In this document: positions 56,714 through 64,000 of the stretch, in pieces
How the letters are laid out: each line of letters opens with the position of its first letter
How positions within the stretch are numbered: position 1 is the stretch's first letter
Assembly (NCBI GenBank): GCA_012295275.1
Contig: CM022674.1
Span: 13,516,001-13,580,000 of the forward strand
Reading direction: 5' to 3'
Length of the DNA stretch: 64,000 nucleotides
From: Chrysomallon squamiferum
Lineage: Eukaryota > Animalia > Mollusca
Program-made: the position numbers and the translations under genes
Notes under the pieces: model-generated
Databases searched by the model: none
Seen by the model: the letters and a program-made list of their open reading frames with translations, nothing else
Told to the model about the DNA's origin: nothing

Positions 56714-57024
56714 CAAAGAAAAAGAAGGAGAGAGAGAAACAGACAGAGAATGAGTGAATGAATGAATGAAAGATAGTAATGCTGTATAAATTTATATTTA
56801 AAAAGTTTATTTTCTTTCAGTAGAAAGAAGACTGGTAACTTACTCGCTGTCTCCCGCTAAAATACATTTGTAAACATCTGCGTGGTTGCCATCTAACTTC
56901 ACTGATAACCAGAGGCGTGTAGAAGAAAGAAACTAGTGACAATGGCAAACACAGAAACTGCGCCCCGTAACTTTACATACACGTACATAAAATCAGCTCG
57001 GAAATAAGTTTAATAAAAAGTGTT

Positions 57025-57096
57025 CGGTGGCGCCCCCTGTCTTTAAATGGCGCCAAGGGCACGTGCAGTACTTGCCCCACCTTAGCGACGCCGCTG
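57025..57096. mobile_element. GC-rich DNA-transposon/MITE terminus remnant
   Basis: ggcgccccc...gccccaccttagcgacgccgctg resembles a CAG(T/C)GGCG-type terminal repeat; partner end not found. Confidence 0.3.
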
Positions 57097-57627
57097 TTGT
57101 TTTGATCGAAATTCTCGAAATTAAGTTATTATGACTTTGATTATTATAATAAACCTCGATTATTTTGATGTTGCCTAACGATGGCGGAGAACCACCGATG
57201 TCCATACAAAAATGTCCGTCTGAGCTGTTCTCCGCCAGAGAATAATTGTTGTAGAATTATTATGCTGTGTTTTGTTTCGAACTGAAATAGAAAATTTTCC
57301 TTTTCTACTGGAACATGTCCGCCTGGAAAACATAAGCCTATAGAGAAGAAGCGAGTAATAGATACTAACTTTGAATAATACAAATTTAGAACGATAAAAT
57401 TAATATTCTCTTTACTTTATTATTATTAGTTAGTAGTATTAGTAGTAGTCGTAATAGTAGTAGTAGTAGTAGTTTCAGTAGTAGTAGTCGTAATAGTAGA
57501 AGTAGTAGTAGTAGTAGTAGCAGCAGTAGTAGATTTATTTATTTATCTTTTGTATTTTCATTTTATTATATTTTATTATTTTTATTTATTTATTTTATTT
57601 ATTTTTTTGTATTTTCATTTTCATTTA

Positions 57628-57666
<39 letters not shown>

Positions 57667-59356
57667 TTTATTCATTTATTGTTTAATTTGTTCATTTTCA
57701 AAGTCTGTACGATCATTGATATCAAATAGGTCAAGAAACAGGCTAATTACTGCTTAAAGTGACAAAAATGGCGTTCGTAGATGGGAAAGAATTCAGCATT
57801 ATGAATTACTTCAACCGACCGGATTACAAATAAATGTTTATCACCTGATTTCGCTCTCAGAACACAACCACGACGCCATTTTCGCCTCATCACGAATGAC
57901 GTAAACGATCTTCAAATTGGCTGAATATCAATAAAGCAGATTTAAAGACGGTCCATCCCAACACACAAATCATTTCTGCCAGACAGTCTCGAATTCCGCG
58001 GTCGTATCGTTACACCGCGTTTGAGGATTGCAACACGTTTTGTTACTTCAGCTAAGTCTCGTTGATCATCGTTTATTTCCGTAATAATTATTCTTTATTT
58101 TCTCTGCCTCGCATCAGCTTGAAATATAGTTATCAGACGATAGCTCTAAAATTATACGGAGCCGTTGCATATAATCCGTAGACACGGATATATGACACGG
58201 AAAGAAATATGTATTCTTAACAGCGAAAGGATGATATCGCTTTTTGTTTTATTACGTCGAATATGTGTGGGTTGAAATACCAGCCAGCCAAATATCGGTT
58301 ATAAAGCCAAACAGCAGTCGCTTATGTGATTATATGTAAATGTTTTGCTTTAATTATTTTTAAAACCCCTTTCATTTTTCATTTTCCTCTCATGACGTTC
58401 TGTACTGTTATTTGTCTTATTATTATTGATTGATTGATTGATTGATTTATTTATTTATTTATTTATTTTTGGTTATTTCTTCTTCTTCTTCTTCTTCTTC
58501 TTCTTATTATTATTATTATTGCTGTCGTTGTTGTCGTTATTTCTTTAAATTCTTTAAATATCATTCTGATATTTGTCTTCTTTCTTCATTCTTCCTATTT
58601 GTCATCTCATCTTTCATTCCTCTTTATTCAAATGCAATTTATAATCTAACGAAAATGCATATGATCGTTAAATAAAATATATTATTAAATAATACTGCGG
58701 CAGCAAAATAGTATACGATTTTATTTAAATTGATAAATGTCCTTCATTTCAATGAGAACGTTTTTCCCGAGGTATTTGCACATGGACATTAATTCCGACA
58801 TTTACAAGATCGTATCAGACCATGAAGTCAAGTTAAGCAGAAACGATAAGATATTCCTGTGTTCTCTTTACCGTGATTATTCAAAATTAGATAAAAACGT
58901 AGAGTATATTGTCATGATAAACATCTGACACGAGATATCAGGGAGAATAATGAATTTACAAAAACAGCTTATTTACTTTTAGCCTTTTAGGCTCGTGGGC
59001 TTTTAGATTAAGATTCGTACGAACGAACGTAACGTTCTAGAACAACAATGGCACAGAACTGAAGACACAAGTTTGCAATAACCTCGAGAGATGCAGATTT
59101 GCAGACGGTGTTAGTTAACATGTGTTTGAGAATGCGTACAAAAACTGCCTCATACATATACAGACACCATCTGACATATACACCAACGTACCATAATTTG
59201 TTGCGCATCACATCGTGTTCACGTCGCATACCACAGGGAATCAGTTATTTGTGTGTGTTCTGTAATGAAAATGTATGTATGAGATAACAAAGAAATGTAA
59301 TTTTCAATTTTCCATTGTCTGACGTCTTGTTATGTTAACACACATTTATAATTTGA

Positions 59357-59580
59357 ATACGAAGTTTAACACGAACACAAATGAACTAAGACGTGTTTCT
59401 ATTTCCAACTCGATGTTTTTCCCCGAAAAAGAAATTAGACGCATTCCTAGTCATAAACGTTATTATCAGTTTTTGTCCAGTAATAATGATGATGATGATG
59501 ATGATGATAATAATAATAATAGCAGCCGTTCAAACATATATTAAACCTAATTTTTAAATTTATTATTATAACACATATAC

Positions 59581-59624
<44 letters not shown>

Positions 59625-59871
59625 ATTTTAGGATTTCAATACTTTCTGTCTTATATCCGTCTGATTAGACTGCACATAGACAACATTATATGTATGTAGG
59701 TAGGTAGGTAGGGATGTATGTATATATGTATGTATGTATGACTGTATGTGTCTGTGTGTGGGTGTGTGGGTTTATGCTTAGGAATGCGTCTAATTTCTTT
59801 TTTGGGGAAAAACATCGAGTTGGAAATAGAAACACATCTTAGTTCATTTGTGTTCATGTTAAATTTCGTAT
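59357..59871. repeat. ~100-bp inverted repeat pair (59357-59458 / 59770-59871)
   Basis: acacaaatgaactaagacgtgtttctatttccaactcgatgtttttcccc...gaaattagacgcattcctag and its reverse complement, with few mismatches. Confidence 0.93.
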
Positions 59872-60212
59872 GTATGTATGTATGACTGTATGTGTGTGTG
59901 TGTGTGTGTGGGTGTGTGTGTGTGTGTGTGTGGGTGTGTGGGTGTGTGTGTGTATGTATGTATGTATGTATGTATGTATGACTGTATGTGTGTGTGTGTG
60001 GGTGGGTGGGTGGGTGTGTATGTATGACTGTATGTGTATGGGTGGGTGTGTGTATGTGTGTGTATGTGTGTGGGGTGTGTATGTATGTATGTATGTATGT
60101 ATGTATGATGTATGTGTATGTGTGTGTGTGTGTGTGTGTGTGGGTGTGTGTGTGTGTGTGTATGTATGTGTGTATGTATGTGTATGTATGTGTGTATGTA
60201 TGTGTGTATGTA

Positions 60213-60276
<64 letters not shown>

Positions 60277-60303
60277 TATGTGTGTGTGTGTGTGTGTGTG
60301 TGT
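59872..60303. repeat. (TG)n/(TATG)n compound microsatellite
   Basis: Direct inspection. Confidence 0.97.
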
Positions 60304-60350
60304 ACATTTACATAAACATTTTACGACGTAAAAACACATTTGTTTTCCAG

Positions 60351-60381
60351 CTGTCAGACGAAGAGGATCATCTCTGGGGAG
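60351..60381 (+). CDS. Putative 31-nt microexon of the unidentified gene
   Basis: tttgttttccag| ... GAG|gtaagt are near-consensus sites. Reads AVRRRGSSLG (phase 1) or LSDEEDHLWG (phase 0). Confidence 0.5.
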
Positions 60382-61206
60382 GTAAGTATCCCGACTTGAT
60401 CCCTATTCCTAGCAGACGTGACACGTGCAACTTAACAATTACAAATGTACGACATTAGCCACAGAGTTGACAGATCTGTCTGGGGTATTTCACTTCGTCT
60501 GCGAATACACAGGAGAAACATTCAAAAACGCTTTGAAGAGTCGAATCCTCGAAGTTTGGTTTAAAACACGGGGCAGGTCTCTCCAGTGTTTAACCACCCA
60601 CTTTGAACGCTCCTGTTCGAGACACAGAAAAGCCATTTGGGCTGAGAATGAAGGATACGAAGAATCATCTTTTCAATTATTTACGTTCGACTCAGCGTTA
60701 ATATTTACCAGATAAAGATTTTTTTTTAATTTTTTTTTTCTTTCCAGAGTGATGTCAGAGATTTGCCGGGATTTGTGTTGTTGAGCTGTTCAGTTTATGA
60801 AAATATACTCCAGGGAAAAAGAAAAAACGTGTCAGGTTGTAATTTCGATACTTGTTAAAGAAATTTGCGAATCGTTTGGAAACGGTTTTTAAGTGCAGTA
60901 AAATAAAAAAATATATATATAATAATAATAAACTAAAAAAGTAAATAATTAAATAAATAAATAAATAATAATAAAATAAAAAATAAATAATTAAATAAAT
61001 AAAAAAATAAATAAACAAATAAATAAATAAATAAAAATATCTGTTTTCATTTTGAATCCGCCTTGACAAGAGTGAATGTTTTGTATGACATATATGTTTC
61101 AGTTTATTTAATATTGTAATTGGTAATAACATTTTTTTTTTTAAATTGAAAAAAGAGATTATACGAATAGATTTTGTTGTGTGAAGTGAGAGAGATACAA
61201 TTAGAA

Positions 61207-61298
<92 letters not shown>

Positions 61299-61933
61299 GA
61301 AATAACATAATCATATAAAAGGAATGAAATAAATATGAAAATTGAGAAAGAAAACCAAACGAAACAAAATCACGAAGGTGTAACGAAATTCATCAGTGAA
61401 AAAAAGAAAAAACAAAAGCAAGCGAAAAATATTGAAAGAAACCCTTTAAATTTCCGAATCTCGAACATGCCCCCTTTTACCCTCCTCCGCCGACACACAG
61501 ATCTGAGGGGTATTTTCTTCTTTCGGCTAACGTTTCAATTCCGATTGAAAGAAAAGTAACGAAATTTCGGACAAACACGTCAATTTACGCTCGTCAAATT
61601 AATGTTATCACTGCACCGATTTGCCCAGTTATCCCCATGCAGTTCGGAATCGAGTCGAAGTAATGGCGCGCGCCCCCCCCCCCACACCCACACCGTAGTA
61701 ATTCTGCGCGCGCCCGCAGAATGAATTAACTTGCTTTGCAGTAAAGTTAAGAGGTGGAGACGGGGCTCGGCACGGGGAGACATGGTCAGCGACGTCAGCT
61801 GTGGATTTTCATTTTGCACAGATCGAAGTTTGTCGACCGACTGATGAGTTTTCTTTCATCTCTCATTACTGACCGAGTTTCGTTAAACGGAAACTCACGA
61901 ACTAGGTGTGTTATAAGACGTGTGGCAGAAGCT

Positions 61934-61964
<31 letters not shown>

Positions 61965-62705
61965 AAAGTTGTAATTAATTTGCGGCGAAATTAGATCATC
62001 GCTTAGTTTTTATTAATTGTGTCACCTGGTAATTTGGGTCTGTGGATGTTAGGGTTACGGTTCAAAAGACGACAACAAGAGAAAGAGAGAAAAAGTGTGT
62101 GTGTGTGTGTGTGTGTGTGTTTGTCTTGTTGTGTGTTTGTGTGTGGGCGTGTTTATTTATGTATGTATGTGTGTATGTATGTGTGTGTATATGGGTGCAT
62201 TTACTTATATATGTATGTATACATTTACTTATATATGTATGATATGTCTAGTGTGTATATCACTGTGTGTATGTATACATATGTTTATAGGAACGTGCGT
62301 GTGTCTGTCTGTCTGTCTGTCTGTATGAATGTATTTTCGGTTTTAAATATTGCTGTATCACTGTTAGTACATTGTGCACTCTTTATACAACTCAAAGCGT
62401 GAAAATAAACACACAAATCAGAATACGTCACTGTATAAACTAATGTTCGACTGTTATTTTTGTTTTTCACTTTCAAAGACTTTTCTAGTCTATTCTCGTA
62501 CGCAGTCTTAATAAACTAATCTTTGAACACTTCAGATGTTCCAGCAGATGTCAGACGTCAGGCGACTACCTCTTTAACGTGACGCCAACGACAACGATTT
62601 AGAAAAAATATGCAGTCTGTGTTTGTGTCTACGTACTTCAAAAATACAAGAAATAGATTAGGTTAAATTGGTTAATAATAAAATCAAAGCAGATCTTTAT
62701 TTATT

Positions 62706-62746
62706 TATTTATTTAATTTAATTTAATCTATCTATCTATCTATCTG

Positions 62747-62812
<66 letters not shown>

Positions 62813-62832
62813 AATCTTTCTATCTATCTATC

Positions 62833-62863
<31 letters not shown>

Positions 62864-62870
62864 CTATTTA
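62706..62870. repeat. (TCTA)n tetranucleotide microsatellite
   Basis: Direct inspection. Confidence 0.95.
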
Positions 62871-63372
62871 TTTTATTTTAATTTTTTTTTTTTTTCAAGC
62901 TTTATTTCCTTATTCATTACTATTTTGTATTTATCCTTTTTTTTTTTATTATTAGTATTTCTTTTGATCGTCTGAATTTTGAACCCTGCGCGACAAGTAA
63001 CAGATCATTTATTTGTATGATTCCTGTAACTGCGTCTAGAAGATATTTTAATGACAAAACCCAGGAAGTTCCGAGTTCAGACGTCTGCGTAAAATCACTG
63101 AAGTAGATCGTTAAAAGATTCCTTTCTTAACGAGGTCCACGAAAAGCAGAACAAACAAAATGTTTACTTAAAATCCTATTTTGTGGATAGTTTGTTAGTC
63201 TACGTTTTTAACTGTTTGCGAAGAGAACAGATATTTATCATTATATAATACTGATAACATTGTGTGTGTGTTATGTGTGTATGCCTGTATGCATCTGTAT
63301 GCGTGAGTGTGTGTATGTATGCATGAAATTAAATTAAATATTTTGTTTATAATTATGATTACTTTTTAATAG

Positions 63373-63428
<56 letters not shown>

Positions 63429-64000
63429 TTTCTTTTTTTTATTTTTTTTTTTTTTTTTTTTTTTTTAGCTACTACATAGCTGGTAAATCGTTTTAACCCC
63501 AAAACTACATTCCACGCTCAGAGAAAAAAAATCAGAAAAATCGTTTAGCCTTTTAAATAATTAATTTTTATTTGTCACCTTGTTTTCTGAATGTAATTGT
63601 TTTTCTTTCTCCCGTATTGGTGTGAGAGCAATAATTGGCTTCATGGAGTGAAATAACTTTAAAAAAATATAAAAATAAATTCAGACTGTCGAAAAAAAAA
63701 GATGTACTTTTGAACAGCGCTGTATTGCATTTCAAGTCAGTTTTTCCATTTTTTATTTTATAAGAAAATAGAAAGCAAAATTCAATTTCCAAAAAAATGC
63801 TTCCTGTTTGACTTCTGTTTCACTTAGTTAATTGCGCCTTTAAAACAGAAGCACCAATGCCGATTGTGTTCTCAAATTTACATCGGATTTGAAACAGTAT
63901 TTTTTTTGTCGTTTTCTTCATTATTATTTTTTAATCATGTAAAAAGCTGATTTCCTTTTTGTTCTTTTTTTGTCGTCAGTGTAGCCGAACTGTTAAGTAC

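Noticed and set aside
59651-60339. His/Thr-rich or Cys/Val-rich proteins
   Set aside because: (CA/TG)n microsatellite translations.
60748-60836. Additional exon (SDVRDLPGFVLL...)
   Set aside because: Open only in phase 0, incompatible with either frame of the preceding microexon; weak donor.
61845-61905. Hammerhead ribozyme suggested by CTGATGA...GAAA
   Set aside because: No stem II closing pair (CTGATGA-G...C-GAAA) and no stem I/III pairing; only a local hairpin gagtttc/gaaactc.

Overview
AT-rich, microsatellite-dense eukaryotic genomic DNA, most likely from a gastropod mollusc (inferred from the p63/p73 C-terminal sequence and SINE-like remnants). Nearly all long ORFs in the supplied track are translated microsatellites. 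Two genes are well supported on the + strand. (1) The last three exons (332-2022) of a p63/p73-type p53-family gene encoding the SAM and transactivation-inhibitory domains. (2) A 24-exon ClC-2-type chloride channel gene (CDS ~15972-40608, ~890 aa) whose exon 12 is frame-disrupted in this sequence. There is weaker evidence for a minus-strand spliced transcript (~50.3 to 46.4 kb) and for a microexon-rich plus-strand gene starting near 53.8 kb. Main points of interest: a TG where the p63 SAM-exon acceptor AG should be; a vertebrate-like p63-beta frame (RIWLQ*); a SPAK/OSR1 + PP1 + PKA motif cassette in the ClC-2 inter-CBS linker; tandem arrays of duplicated splice donors after two consecutive ClC-2 exons; candidate alternative ClC-2 exons; RFX, p53 and CRE motif clusters; and two long inverted repeats. 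No prokaryote-type system (CRISPR, operon) is present, and I found nothing that I can establish as a wholly new system.
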